DNA of 64,000 bases, from the IMG/VR virus record IMGVR_UViG_3300029258_002996; one strand, 5' to 3'. Below, piece after piece: positions 26,753 to 36,398 of this stretch. The notes below the pieces were generated by a model. The model saw only the letters and a list, made by a program, of their open reading frames with translations. It was not told the DNA's origin and did no database searches. Position numbers and translations under genes: made by a program. Origin of the DNA: a virus. Within the stretch, counting starts at the first letter, position 1; the number at the start of each line of letters is the position of its first letter.

Positions 26753-27646
26753 CTACTTGTAGAGCTTCAGATCGATCCCATAAAACTCTTTCATAGCCTT
26801 CTTGATCCGAACCACCCGAGGAGACTTGTTCTCGGGCTTTCCGTAGCCCCAGTTTCCGAACTTGGACCGGCACGCCTTCTTCCACGCCAGCCCGAAATAG
26901 CGCTCCTCGGTGACACCCGAATTCTTCACCGTTTTGAACAGCCGGTACGCAGCTCCGGGGTTGTTCTGCCACAGATTAAAAAACAAAGCGGGAGCTGGCG
27001 TGTCCCACGTCCCGTCGAGAAGCCACGCAATCGACTTGCCGCCGAGCGGAGAACGTTTGAACTGAAGCTCGCGCTTGAACTCCTGGATGGCGAACTGGAT
27101 CTGAGCTTCCGGCACCGCGAACTGATGTGCGAGATCGACGAAAATCTTCGCAAGCTTGAGAGCATGGAACTTTTGGTCCTTAAGGGTTTTGTACTGCGTG
27201 CGCCCCATGCACACATCGTCGATCCTCTTCTTCTGACTCTTGTTTCGAGGATCCAGCTTCTTCCCCGTCGCCAACTCGACAAACTTACCGCCTTGGATAC
27301 AAAACCCGCAACGTTCGAATATCTGCACGTCTTCCTCAAGCTCACAGACCTCATCGAACAGGGTGTGATGCACCTCGGAGGGAGTGTCCAGATCGTAGTA
27401 CGGAATAGACTTGAACGATTCGAGCAGCTTCTGGAGTCGACCCGAGGTGAAGGTCCACTGCATGAACCCCCAGGTGATTCCCGTCGCATCGTAGGAGACC
27501 ACCGTATCGTGGTTACCTTCGCACCTGGCGATAACGCCCATAATCTTGTCCCACATGTCCCACGGCTGCGGAGGATCGTACTTGAGAGACCCTCGATGCT
27601 TTGCACCCTGGTGATTCTTCCATTTTACCCATTGAACTTTGCCCAT
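26753..27646 (-). CDS. Putative lysozyme-fold peptidoglycan hydrolase
   Basis: AGGAGGAG RBS; CEGNHDTVVSYD..GITWGFMQWT resembles the E..D..GxxQ lysozyme-type catalytic pattern. Confidence 0.5.
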   Translation of the reverse strand: MGKVQWVKWKNHQGAKHRGSLKYDPPQPWDMWDKIMGVIARCEGNHDTVVSYDATGITWGFMQWTFTSGRLQKLLESFKSIPYYDLDTPSEVHHTLFDEVCELEEDVQIFERCGFCIQGGKFVELATGKKLDPRNKSQKKRIDDVCMGRTQYKTLKDQKFHALKLAKIFVDLAHQFAVPEAQIQFAIQEFKRELQFKRSPLGGKSIAWLLDGTWDTPAPALFFNLWQNNPGAAYRLFKTVKNSGVTEERYFGLAWKKACRSKFGNWGYGKPENKSPRVVRIKKAMKEFYGIDLKLYK

Positions 27647-27654
27647 GACTCCTC

Positions 27655-29880
27655 CTACGCAGCTTCTTCCTCTTCCTTGAGGTGTTTGTCCGACCACCTC
27701 TGAACGATTCCCGTATCGACCTTAATCGGAACTCGTAGCTGAGTGAACTCCTGAAGACGGTCCTCCATGCAATAATCCATGATTCGATCTACCTGCTCCA
27801 GACAAGACCGATGACAACATACTACCAACTCGTCGTGAATATGAAGAATCGGGGCCGCGTCGAGGTTTTGCCCCCTCAACTCCTCGCCAATCCAGATCAA
27901 AGAAAAACTCGCCATATCCACGGCAGTTCCCTGAATCGGTGCATTCACGCCCTGACGCAGCGCACGGCTCACGCGACCTTTTATGTACTTGACTTCAGTA
28001 TTGACAAAACAGGAATGCAGATGAGGACAATCGGGACAGCGTTTGCTGTGTGGGTAGTAATGTTTGGCCTTCAGATGACTCTTGAGCTGCGGTGCGGTGA
28101 TGTCGAGCACATCATCGGGGTCGATCCCCATCATGCGCACCTGAGGACCGTCCCGGTAACAGCTTGGTCGATACTCCTCATCCGGCCATTGCATCCCGGG
28201 AGGGGGCTCCAACATTCCATCGGGAAGGTGGCGACGGCGACCAAAAAGATTGATAACGTATCCGTACTCTCGGATGAACTGATGGGTTTGCTCAATCCAC
28301 TGACGAAGGACTGGAGCTGCCCCAAAATACTCATCATAGATGAGATGGTGCGCTTCCTCAACGGTGATTCCGAGCCTCTGCGCCAATGAAAAGTCAGACT
28401 CTCCGTAAGCAATCCCGAAATTCACGGTTTTCGCGCTCGAACGCTTATCCGGGTAGAGTTTTTTGACATCCTTGACATCGCACGGGAGATTCCAAATGCG
28501 GTGCGCCATCGCCGCATGCATGTCGTAACCCTGGTTGAAACCATCAATCCACACCGGCTCACCTGACATGTGCGCGATGACTCGAAGCTCGATCTGGCTG
28601 AAATCCTTGAAAATGAGAACATAGTCTTCGGGCGTACACCACACGGATTTTACGATCATGCCGCCATTCTCAGGGCGAGGAAGAGTCGTCAAGTTCGGAT
28701 CCGTCAGCTTCAGCCGACCGGTACGGGAGTCCATCCAGTACTCGGGGTGGACCCAACCTATAGCGCCATTGTTAGTAACCTCCACCACCCCTTCGAGCGC
28801 CGGTTCGATGTAGTGTCCGTGGATTTGCTCGGCTCGTCGAAACTTGAGCACATGATCGCCAATCGGATGCTTGAGATTCTTCATCGAGTCGGCATCGGTC
28901 GCCCACTTACCATCTTTGGTTTTCTTGCCTCCGGCAAGCTGCATCACCTCGAAGAGAATCGCGCCGAGCTGGGAACTGGAGGCCACGTTGAACTTTTGCC
29001 CAGAGATTTCCTGGATCTTCTCCGCCGCCTCGGCCATCGCACGAGCTTGGTCATCGCGGACGTAGCGAGCCATTGCCATATCGAGAGGAACACCGTGCAG
29101 CTCCATCAGCATCAAAGCGTGCTGCAACGGCATGACCAGCTCACGAAACAGACGCAACATCCCCTCTTCTTCCAGCATTCGCTCGAACACGAGCTTGAGG
29201 GACAAAGTCAAATCGGAGTCCGCGCAACCATAAGGGTAAAGCACCTGAAGAGGAACCTTCGAATATCGACGCATATGAGGATCATAATGCTCCAGAGCAC
29301 TCTCCAGACCAGTCTTGAACAAGCTCGACTGCGCATCAAGGTACGAATCGGACATTCCGAGCTTGATTACTTGACCTTCTTTTCCATAATCAGATTTCAA
29401 AGCATGTGAGCAAGTGCGCCGGTCCTCATCGAGCAACGAATGGGCAAGCATCGTATCGAAAGTAAAATTCTGAACCTCGATGTCGAGCAATCTCTTGAGA
29501 TTCTTACAGTCAAACTTTCCATTTTGCGCGATCTTGGGGACATCGTTTTCTAAGATCTCCCGAACTGCCTTAAGAACGGCTTCTTGCCGGGATCCCCACG
29601 CTGGAGAATCGTCAGAACGGTGGAGCTGGATGTAAGCAGCGTTCCCCGGTTTCCAAGGGTCGGTAACTTCAGTACGGCCCCAGGCAAAGGACACCCCGCT
29701 GACTAAATGTACAAATTCGGGTGGAAGCTTCCGCTTCCCCCTCCAGGTCGGATGGTTCGTCTCAATGTCGAACGCGAACTCAGTAGTCTTCTCCAGCTCT
29801 CGAATAAGCCAAGAAAGCTTCTTCGGATTATCAATCAGATGATAGGTAGCTGGAATCTTATCTTTTAAAAAGTAGAGCAT
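27655..29880 (-). CDS. polA: Family A DNA polymerase with 3'-5' exonuclease (no 5' nuclease)
   Basis: ExoI FDIET, ExoII NGKFD, ExoIII YGCAD; motif A DFSQIELR, motif B RSSAKTVNFGIAYG, motif C HDEL. Confidence 0.96.
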   Translation of the reverse strand: MLYFLKDKIPATYHLIDNPKKLSWLIRELEKTTEFAFDIETNHPTWRGKRKLPPEFVHLVSGVSFAWGRTEVTDPWKPGNAAYIQLHRSDDSPAWGSRQEAVLKAVREILENDVPKIAQNGKFDCKNLKRLLDIEVQNFTFDTMLAHSLLDEDRRTCSHALKSDYGKEGQVIKLGMSDSYLDAQSSLFKTGLESALEHYDPHMRRYSKVPLQVLYPYGCADSDLTLSLKLVFERMLEEEGMLRLFRELVMPLQHALMLMELHGVPLDMAMARYVRDDQARAMAEAAEKIQEISGQKFNVASSSQLGAILFEVMQLAGGKKTKDGKWATDADSMKNLKHPIGDHVLKFRRAEQIHGHYIEPALEGVVEVTNNGAIGWVHPEYWMDSRTGRLKLTDPNLTTLPRPENGGMIVKSVWCTPEDYVLIFKDFSQIELRVIAHMSGEPVWIDGFNQGYDMHAAMAHRIWNLPCDVKDVKKLYPDKRSSAKTVNFGIAYGESDFSLAQRLGITVEEAHHLIYDEYFGAAPVLRQWIEQTHQFIREYGYVINLFGRRRHLPDGMLEPPPGMQWPDEEYRPSCYRDGPQVRMMGIDPDDVLDITAPQLKSHLKAKHYYPHSKRCPDCPHLHSCFVNTEVKYIKGRVSRALRQGVNAPIQGTAVDMASFSLIWIGEELRGQNLDAAPILHIHDELVVCCHRSCLEQVDRIMDYCMEDRLQEFTQLRVPIKVDTGIVQRWSDKHLKEEEEAA

Positions 29881-30512
29881 TATTCTTCGGAATAATAGCC
29901 GCCTTCGATCCCAGCAGTATTTCCAAAATTCTCAGATTTCGATTCGGACTGTGAGATATTTTCTTTTTCAAATTTTTCGAGATATCGCCAACTCTCACCT
30001 ACCGAAATCAAGAGATCCCGAAGACTACGCTGTTGGATAGACATTGACAGCCTGCGCTCACCCTCAGAGACGAACTCGTGGCAACATCGAATCGCCAAAT
30101 CGCCATCTACGGAGCGGTTGTACGCTTCGACGAGCACGCTCCCACGTTTAAATTCGGTGAGCTTCTTTCGCCCTTCGATCCCCTCGTCAACTTCCCGAGG
30201 AATGACCCCGAACCGCTCTCCCACTACTTCATGATTATCGATTCGTCGTTCGCGAGAATTTCTCATCTCTTTATGACGCTTGGAGATGAACTCCAGGGCC
30301 TCGGTTACGGCGATCACTAAAGAGGGGATTTGATCCTTGGGGATAAAATGCGAAAGGCGTCGATCACCGTCCAAGATCATCTCCGCAGTGCAAAACACGT
30401 CGAAAACGATCATCAAGTCCGACTTTGATCGGTTGTCGATGGCCTTCTGGTAAACTTCTACGGTGGCGTTGTCCTTCACGAATTCCGCCACCTTAAAAGG
30501 TCGTGTAGACAT
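29880..30512 (-). CDS. Hypothetical protein with an internally duplicated ~75-aa domain
   Basis: VAEFVKDNATVEVY..RRLS..IAVTE versus LTEFKRGSVLVEAY..RRLS..ISVGE. Confidence 0.6.
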   Translation of the reverse strand: MSTRPFKVAEFVKDNATVEVYQKAIDNRSKSDLMIVFDVFCTAEMILDGDRRLSHFIPKDQIPSLVIAVTEALEFISKRHKEMRNSRERRIDNHEVVGERFGVIPREVDEGIEGRKKLTEFKRGSVLVEAYNRSVDGDLAIRCCHEFVSEGERRLSMSIQQRSLRDLLISVGESWRYLEKFEKENISQSESKSENFGNTAGIEGGYYSEE

Positions 30513-30528
30513 AGAGTTCACCTTCCTC

Positions 30529-31221
30529 TTAGCTCTCGACGACCGTTTTTCTCGACTCTCGTAATTTTTCGACTTCTTCTCGGAGTACATAGTTACACCC
30601 ATCGATTACGATTCGCTGCAAGTTCCCACGCTTGACGTGAGAGTACATGTTTACGTAGGTGCATCCGTAAAGTCGGCTCGCTTCCGTGATCGAGAGCAGC
30701 TCGCGACCGGTGTCGTCGTAGAGCGGACCCAATCGCCGTTTGGGTTTCTTTTCCGGTTGATCTGAGCCGTTCGGTTCCGGCTCGACTTCGATCTCCAACT
30801 GCATTCCGTCGTGAATGACGGGATCCTGCAACGTTTTCTCCTTTTTCGAAGGAATAGTACAACGCTCCATCACGAGTTGGTAGAGTTTTTTGTACGTCAA
30901 GCTCCCAAGATTGTGCTGAATCGCCTTCGGAATGCTGTTCTTTTTGGATGCGCCTATCCCGAGACGAAAAGCGTACATTCCCAAGCAGAAGTAGTTTATG
31001 TGACAAGTGATCTTGCATTGCCTCCCTAATATATTACCGCAATGCTCGCAGGATTTCCCACCCTCCACAGGAGCTTGAGGGTTGCAGTAGTGCGAATCTA
31101 ACTTCGGATCCGAGAAACATTCAGTCCCGAGTACTTCATCGCCCAGCGCACAAGAGTAGAATTTGTTGATACGTTTGAGCATTTCGGAATCCAGAGTAAG
31201 TTTTGGCTTTATTTCCTCCAC
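30529..31221 (-). CDS. Cys-rich protein with C-terminal excisionase-like HTH
   Basis: LLSITEASRLYGCTYVNMYSHVKRGNL. Confidence 0.65.
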   Translation of the reverse strand: MEEIKPKLTLDSEMLKRINKFYSCALGDEVLGTECFSDPKLDSHYCNPQAPVEGGKSCEHCGNILGRQCKITCHINYFCLGMYAFRLGIGASKKNSIPKAIQHNLGSLTYKKLYQLVMERCTIPSKKEKTLQDPVIHDGMQLEIEVEPEPNGSDQPEKKPKRRLGPLYDDTGRELLSITEASRLYGCTYVNMYSHVKRGNLQRIVIDGCNYVLREEVEKLRESRKTVVES

Positions 31222-31230
31222 ATTCTCCTC

Positions 31231-32352
31231 CTAGATCAAATCTTTCATCAGCATTGTCACGCCGCACCGCTCTTTACCGTCAGACAGGGCAAACATATTG
31301 TCCATGTCGCGCAGCACTGGATTACCATCACATTCTTTGACCGTGTTCAAGAAAATCTTCCTATTTATTCGAAAAGACGGCAATTCAGACTCGTTGCCAT
31401 CTACGCATTCGAGATTCTCGGAAAGATCGAAACCGGTAACGGACTGTGCGCTGATTTTCCAGACCGGAAGCTTCGAAGAGGACATTCCGACAAAATCAAA
31501 GCGTACCAAGGTCTCCTCCTCGCGCATCACTGACGAAATCATCTCCAAAGTTACGACAAGCTGTTGCTTATCGAAGACAAACGTTTCCCGACTTGGAGCG
31601 AGCTGCGCAACACTATCCTCCAGGTGTAGGTAAGACCCGTACTCGGACGGATGCGAATCTACTAGAGTCGGCATGTAGAAATACAAACCACTCTCCAAAA
31701 CCACGCCAAAATGATCTTTTCGATACAAAAATGACTGAACTCGATCCGAGAGAGAGCGAATCGCCTGGGAAATTTCCGGAGGTATGAGAATTCGAGAGTG
31801 CGCCAGCGATACTTTTGGAAAAGCTGCGACTCGAAATGCGTTATCGCCAAACTGAATGAGCCTTGTGATATTCCGATAATCGTTGTCAATCAGGATCCCC
31901 GGATATCGTCGACTATTCGGAATAATTTTCGAGCACTGAGCCACTTGTCGCGACATCCACTTGGCAAGCTCCGTATCCATAACTTCAAAATTGGGAACTC
32001 CGGAATGTTGGATGAGTATCGAAGTGGGAAATTTCGCGGAAATGTTGTCCTGTTGGATCAGTACGGCGTTCTTGAGCAACGTCATTCGGATATCGCTCTG
32101 GCCGTGAAGCTTTTTTACCAAAGCGACGAATCTCGCGGCGTCGAGACCGAAACCGAACGTCGAAAGTCCTTCGATCTGCACCCCTCCGATCACGGAAGCA
32201 ATCGAAGAGCTGGTATAGACGGAGAAACTCTTTCCGTCCGAGTTAAAATAGAGCATCTTGACTTTTTTATCGATATTTTCGATAGATTTGTACAAATCGA
32301 CCAAGAACTCGTAGTTGAGCAGCAAAGAGTTCCCAACTGCGCGCAGCAACAT
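31231..32352 (-). CDS. Putative sliding clamp (beta-clamp-like), divergent
   Basis: 373 aa (beta-clamp size), alternating alpha/beta pattern, in a replication block containing DnaX. Confidence 0.5.
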   Translation of the reverse strand: MLLRAVGNSLLLNYEFLVDLYKSIENIDKKVKMLYFNSDGKSFSVYTSSSIASVIGGVQIEGLSTFGFGLDAARFVALVKKLHGQSDIRMTLLKNAVLIQQDNISAKFPTSILIQHSGVPNFEVMDTELAKWMSRQVAQCSKIIPNSRRYPGILIDNDYRNITRLIQFGDNAFRVAAFPKVSLAHSRILIPPEISQAIRSLSDRVQSFLYRKDHFGVVLESGLYFYMPTLVDSHPSEYGSYLHLEDSVAQLAPSRETFVFDKQQLVVTLEMISSVMREEETLVRFDFVGMSSSKLPVWKISAQSVTGFDLSENLECVDGNESELPSFRINRKIFLNTVKECDGNPVLRDMDNMFALSDGKERCGVTMLMKDLI

Positions 32353-32354
32353 TT

Positions 32355-33260
32355 CTACACTTCCCCTAAGCGAATAAAGCGACGCGCATTGATATCAAGC
32401 GGTGCTTCACGATCAATACACACCTCGTAACCACGTACAATCTCTTCCCTCGCCAGTTTTACCGACTTCTTCGTCAGCCTACACTTCTCCGCAATCTCGC
32501 CGTCCGACAACGTCGGGTTCTCCAACATACAGCCGAAGACCGTCCCTGCGGAAGAGGATAGCAATCCCCATAGATCCGATATCGATTCGCTCAACGCTAC
32601 CGCTTCCTCCGGATTTGATCCTTGACTACATAAATACCGGGAAACTTCCGAAATCGAAGGACGGCCAGGATTAAACCCCTTCACAGGATAATCAAAGGAT
32701 TCATCTACATCTACGAAATACGGGGATCCCACCACTTCGTACATCGGCATCTTGCGCCCAGTACGTTTTGAAATTCGGGTTCCAACCTTCTTACGAGTAT
32801 ACCCCCGTTTTTTCGTGAAATTCGAAGTTAGCATATCAGTACATTGGTTTTTAATTTCTCGGTAAATCGAAGACTCCAGTTTACCCGTTCGAATAAGTTT
32901 GAGATTCGAAACCGAAGTCCATAAATCTTCGTGCAATCGAACGTTGCAGCTCAAAGTTTGAAGATGAGCCACCAGAGGACCGTCGTAACCTACGATTTTG
33001 TAGTTATGCCCTTCGTAGCGACACATTGACGAATTATTGATCTCGTCAACCTTCACCACTCCGAGAAAAATCTCTCCGAGAACGTCTTCCTCGTCCCTGC
33101 CGGTTACCCTCGAAACCTTCGAAACCGCTTTCAGGATATAATTCTGCCACCTTTTAATCCCGTCCGCTAACTCAGGTTTCGTCCTCCCCAGGGAAATCAA
33201 CATTCCCTCGATACGAGCTTTGAGCTGCATCGCCTTGGCCCTCCGAACGTCGTACTCCAC
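32355..33260 (-). CDS. Putative divergent sigma factor
   Basis: DEEDVLGEIFL (region 2-like) and SNPEE...LSDGEIAEKCRLTKKSV (region 4 HTH-like). Confidence 0.45.
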   Translation of the reverse strand: MEYDVRRAKAMQLKARIEGMLISLGRTKPELADGIKRWQNYILKAVSKVSRVTGRDEEDVLGEIFLGVVKVDEINNSSMCRYEGHNYKIVGYDGPLVAHLQTLSCNVRLHEDLWTSVSNLKLIRTGKLESSIYREIKNQCTDMLTSNFTKKRGYTRKKVGTRISKRTGRKMPMYEVVGSPYFVDVDESFDYPVKGFNPGRPSISEVSRYLCSQGSNPEEAVALSESISDLWGLLSSSAGTVFGCMLENPTLSDGEIAEKCRLTKKSVKLAREEIVRGYEVCIDREAPLDINARRFIRLGEV

Positions 33261-34188
33261 TTAGAACTTCCCGAACTCGGTCGGCAGATAAATTGCCGGG
33301 GTCTTCGTGCGCGGACAAATGGACCAAATGAGGTTCCAAACCAAACGCACAAAGCTCATCGAAAATTTTTTTCCCAAAATCTCTGAAGGGAGGTTCCCTC
33401 AACACTGCATCCCCATCCAGACACACGATTGGCTGAAGGCCAAAGTCGAGGCAAAGCTCTCGAATCCTATTGATTTGCGCAGCACTCGCTTCCTTGGTGA
33501 AGATGCCGACCGCCTGGATCCCGTACTTGTGGAAATTCCACACGTCAGAAGCCCCCTCGACAATCCAGAGCTGGCCGGTACGCTCCGACACGAGCCAGCC
33601 CCCGTAGAGAAGGTTCTGCAACGGAGATCCTGCGGGCGACTTCCACCGAAGACCGCTAGGATGCAAGTTGCGCGTTTGAAATGTAATATACGACCCGTTG
33701 AGATCCCAAATAGGGACTATGATTGAATTATCGATGTGAATTCCGGAGTACTCACCCCGCACACCGTAGAGTAGGCCAAAAGCATCGACAATTTCCTGAC
33801 CCAGGCCCCGATCCGCCAGATACCGAACTCCCACAATAGGTTCAACATCGGGGGGTTGGGGGAAATCACTGATTTGATAGGGTGACTTGGAACTCTTGCG
33901 CGGAGTAGCAAATAAATCGTCAAAATCTTTAGCAATTTTCGTTACTTTTAAGCGTTTATATACCTCCGCCCAAGTCTCAATACCCTCCATGAGTTTGTAG
34001 AACCGAACAAAATTTCCCCGAACCCCGCATTTTGGCGATCCACAGATGAATACTCCACGGTTTACGTCAATACTGAACGAGGGGCTATGGTCATCATGAA
34101 AGGGGCAGTTCGTGTGGATGCGGCCAGACGAGTTCGGAGACTTGTCCGGGAATTTTTCCAGTATATACGAACGTGGATCCACTACCAA
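33172..34188 (-). CDS. DnaG-type primase (CHC2 zinc finger plus TOPRIM)
   Basis: CPFHDDHSPS..CGSPKC; IVEGASD; LDGD; DPG. Confidence 0.92.
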   Translation of the reverse strand: MVVDPRSYILEKFPDKSPNSSGRIHTNCPFHDDHSPSFSIDVNRGVFICGSPKCGVRGNFVRFYKLMEGIETWAEVYKRLKVTKIAKDFDDLFATPRKSSKSPYQISDFPQPPDVEPIVGVRYLADRGLGQEIVDAFGLLYGVRGEYSGIHIDNSIIVPIWDLNGSYITFQTRNLHPSGLRWKSPAGSPLQNLLYGGWLVSERTGQLWIVEGASDVWNFHKYGIQAVGIFTKEASAAQINRIRELCLDFGLQPIVCLDGDAVLREPPFRDFGKKIFDELCAFGLEPHLVHLSAHEDPGNLSADRVREVLSGVRRSEGQGDAAQSSYRGNVDFPGEDET

Positions 34189-34230
34189 ACCCCATACAAA
34201 AATTCATACAATCGCTACGAACAGAAAGAG

Positions 34231-34259
34231 ACCTTAGCAGCCCTAAAAAACCCTGTCAA
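34231..34259 (-). promoter_or_regulatory. sigma70-like promoter TTGACA-N17-TAAGGT upstream of primase
   Basis: Perfect -35, 17-nt spacer, TGn extended -10; same -10 hexamer as 49488. Confidence 0.6.
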
Positions 34260-34310
34260 CCTTATTTTCCACCTAAAATCCGTTCAGTAGTGCGTTTTTT
34301 TCTAAATACC

Positions 34311-35648
34311 CTAAATATAAGGATTATTACTTGCAGCCACCTGCCAAAGCCTATGTAATTGTCGTGTAATTACCATACGTGGAAGATCAGTATCTAAGAC
34401 GATCTCCGGAATAGTAATCGGACCGGCTCGAAAAAACAACGGACTCAGAACTATAATCCCTTCAGCTCGTTCCGCTTTGGTTTGATCAATTGCAATGGAA
34501 ATATCGATTCCACGAGAAATATCGGTACTTAACCCACGATGGCCGATGTCGAGACGCTCGGATTTTGCCCCTTCAAGATTCGATTGGGATGCCTCGAAGA
34601 TAGCCACCCCATGTTCTTCGGCGTGATTCTTCAAATCCCAAACAATCTGCTTCTGTTGATGTCGTTCTTCCCTAAAATCTTTGGAAGGAGCGATGATATT
34701 CAGATAATCCCACACTTCTACGTCATGTGTTTCTCCGGTTTTGTCTTGGATACGTTTGATTTCATCGTTTATCTGCGGCACTGTTGTTTCCTGTGGGGTC
34801 GCCTTGATAACGTACAGTCGGTTTTTCCAGCTACGCATCCACTCGAAGGTCGCGTCCATTGCATCTTTTTCTTCTTGAGTAATCAACAAGTTCGAGATGC
34901 GGTCGTAGTTCAACTCACTGAACATTGAATCATACCGGTCCATCGTGAGTTCGAGGGAATTCTCGTAGGTAACGTGAATCGCGTTCCAACCCTGAAGAAG
35001 AAACGAGTACCCGAGCGCATTGAGCACGATGCTCTTGTACCGTTTAAACGGGGCGATGAAGTCAATGATCATCGGGGCTTTCAAGCGGAATTGCTGGTCT
35101 AGTCCAACAATGCCGGTCAGGATCCGTGGATTCAGATTCGGATTATCCCGAACCATCTTTCGTTGATGCTGCCGATCCTGATAGCTTTCGACGTAGTCAA
35201 CTACCGGCAATTTTCCTTCAGTGATGACGCTTCGAGCAATGTCGATGCCTTCGGCCACATCATTGATCAAGAAATCGATGCGGTCAGTGCGTTGAAAACC
35301 TTGAAAAGCATCCCGCACTTTGGAATTCACCGTGCAAAATGCAACATAAGCTTTGAACTTGTCGGCAGCGTCTGCCTCGAACGTCAGTTGACGAACGTAC
35401 AGCGCATAAAGCTGATTTCGGTACTTGCTGCGCTTCTCCTCGTCTTCAATTGTGAGCAACTGCTGATCCAGAAAATCGAAGGCGATGGGCTCCCAGTCTC
35501 TGTTCTTGAGAACTCGGGCAAACCACTGATAGGAGTCGATCTGGAAGTACTCGGGCTCAATATACGAGAGCAGCTCCGAATCCACGGCCTCGGACTTTTG
35601 GAGAATCGCGGAGAGGAACTCAGCCTCGACTTTTACGTCAATTTCCAT
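34311..35648 (-). CDS. DnaB/SF4-like replicative helicase
   Basis: TGIVGLD, degenerate P-loop APFKRYKS, TYEN, WDYLNI, ASQSN; between loader and primase. Confidence 0.8.
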   Translation of the reverse strand: MEIDVKVEAEFLSAILQKSEAVDSELLSYIEPEYFQIDSYQWFARVLKNRDWEPIAFDFLDQQLLTIEDEEKRSKYRNQLYALYVRQLTFEADAADKFKAYVAFCTVNSKVRDAFQGFQRTDRIDFLINDVAEGIDIARSVITEGKLPVVDYVESYQDRQHQRKMVRDNPNLNPRILTGIVGLDQQFRLKAPMIIDFIAPFKRYKSIVLNALGYSFLLQGWNAIHVTYENSLELTMDRYDSMFSELNYDRISNLLITQEEKDAMDATFEWMRSWKNRLYVIKATPQETTVPQINDEIKRIQDKTGETHDVEVWDYLNIIAPSKDFREERHQQKQIVWDLKNHAEEHGVAIFEASQSNLEGAKSERLDIGHRGLSTDISRGIDISIAIDQTKAERAEGIIVLSPLFFRAGPITIPEIVLDTDLPRMVITRQLHRLWQVAASNNPYI

Positions 35649-36398
35649 CTATGCAGGCCAATTCTTCTCCGCGTTGGCGAGCCGAAAGTCTTCCGCGCCG
35701 CCCACCTCGACTTGTCGGAAAAACTCACCGTGGATCCGACCGTCCGGGCGAATTTCCAACACTGAATCGAGATATCCGTTGTAGAAAGAGGACAAAGTAC
35801 GTGGATCGTAGTTCGAAGTAATGATAGTCGGCAACCGGTTGCCTCGTCGGTAGTGCAACAGCTTGTGGAGCGTGGACGTGTACGACTGCTTCTTCCAGTC
35901 CGAGCTTCTCTCCTCGTTTCCCAGATCATCCAACACGTAAAAGGTCGACTTCCAGATTTCCGAGGTCTCCCGAAAAGAGTTGTCGTCCTCGAACAGCTTG
36001 TGAACGTCAGAAAAACCATAGGTTCGGTCGCGTTTGTAGTTTTCCGTGTGCGAGCACGGCCATGCCAGAGAATACGCCAAATAGTGCGCCAAGGTAGTTT
36101 TCCCCCGACCGTTCTCCCGAGAAAAAATGAATAAGCTCAGGCCCTTTTCCAAAACCGTAAACGGATTCTCTATGAAATACCCCAAGGATCCCTCTCCGTC
36201 CTCGATAAGCGGAACTTCGTAGGAATAGGAGCTGACAAGATCGAGAAGCTCCTCTCGGAAGTCACCTCCGACCAATCGATTAAACACCCGAAACTTGATC
36301 GAACAGGCGCAGAGAGAGTCTCCGTACATACCGCTGCCGTCACACGTCCTGCAACGTCCGATAATTCGGTCTCGCAGCGTACTCACGGTCTCCTCCAT
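35649..36398 (-). CDS. DnaC/IstB-like helicase loader AAA+ ATPase
   Basis: CxxC..CxC, ENGRGKTT, LDDLGNE, LPTIITSN. Confidence 0.88.
   Translation of the reverse strand: MEETVSTLRDRIIGRCRTCDGSGMYGDSLCACSIKFRVFNRLVGGDFREELLDLVSSYSYEVPLIEDGEGSLGYFIENPFTVLEKGLSLFIFSRENGRGKTTLAHYLAYSLAWPCSHTENYKRDRTYGFSDVHKLFEDDNSFRETSEIWKSTFYVLDDLGNEERSSDWKKQSYTSTLHKLLHYRRGNRLPTIITSNYDPRTLSSFYNGYLDSVLEIRPDGRIHGEFFRQVEVGGAEDFRLANAEKNWPA

Noticed and set aside
27980-28220. Intein in the DNA polymerase
   Set aside because: Too short, with no N-terminal C/S block or C-terminal HN-C/S/T junction
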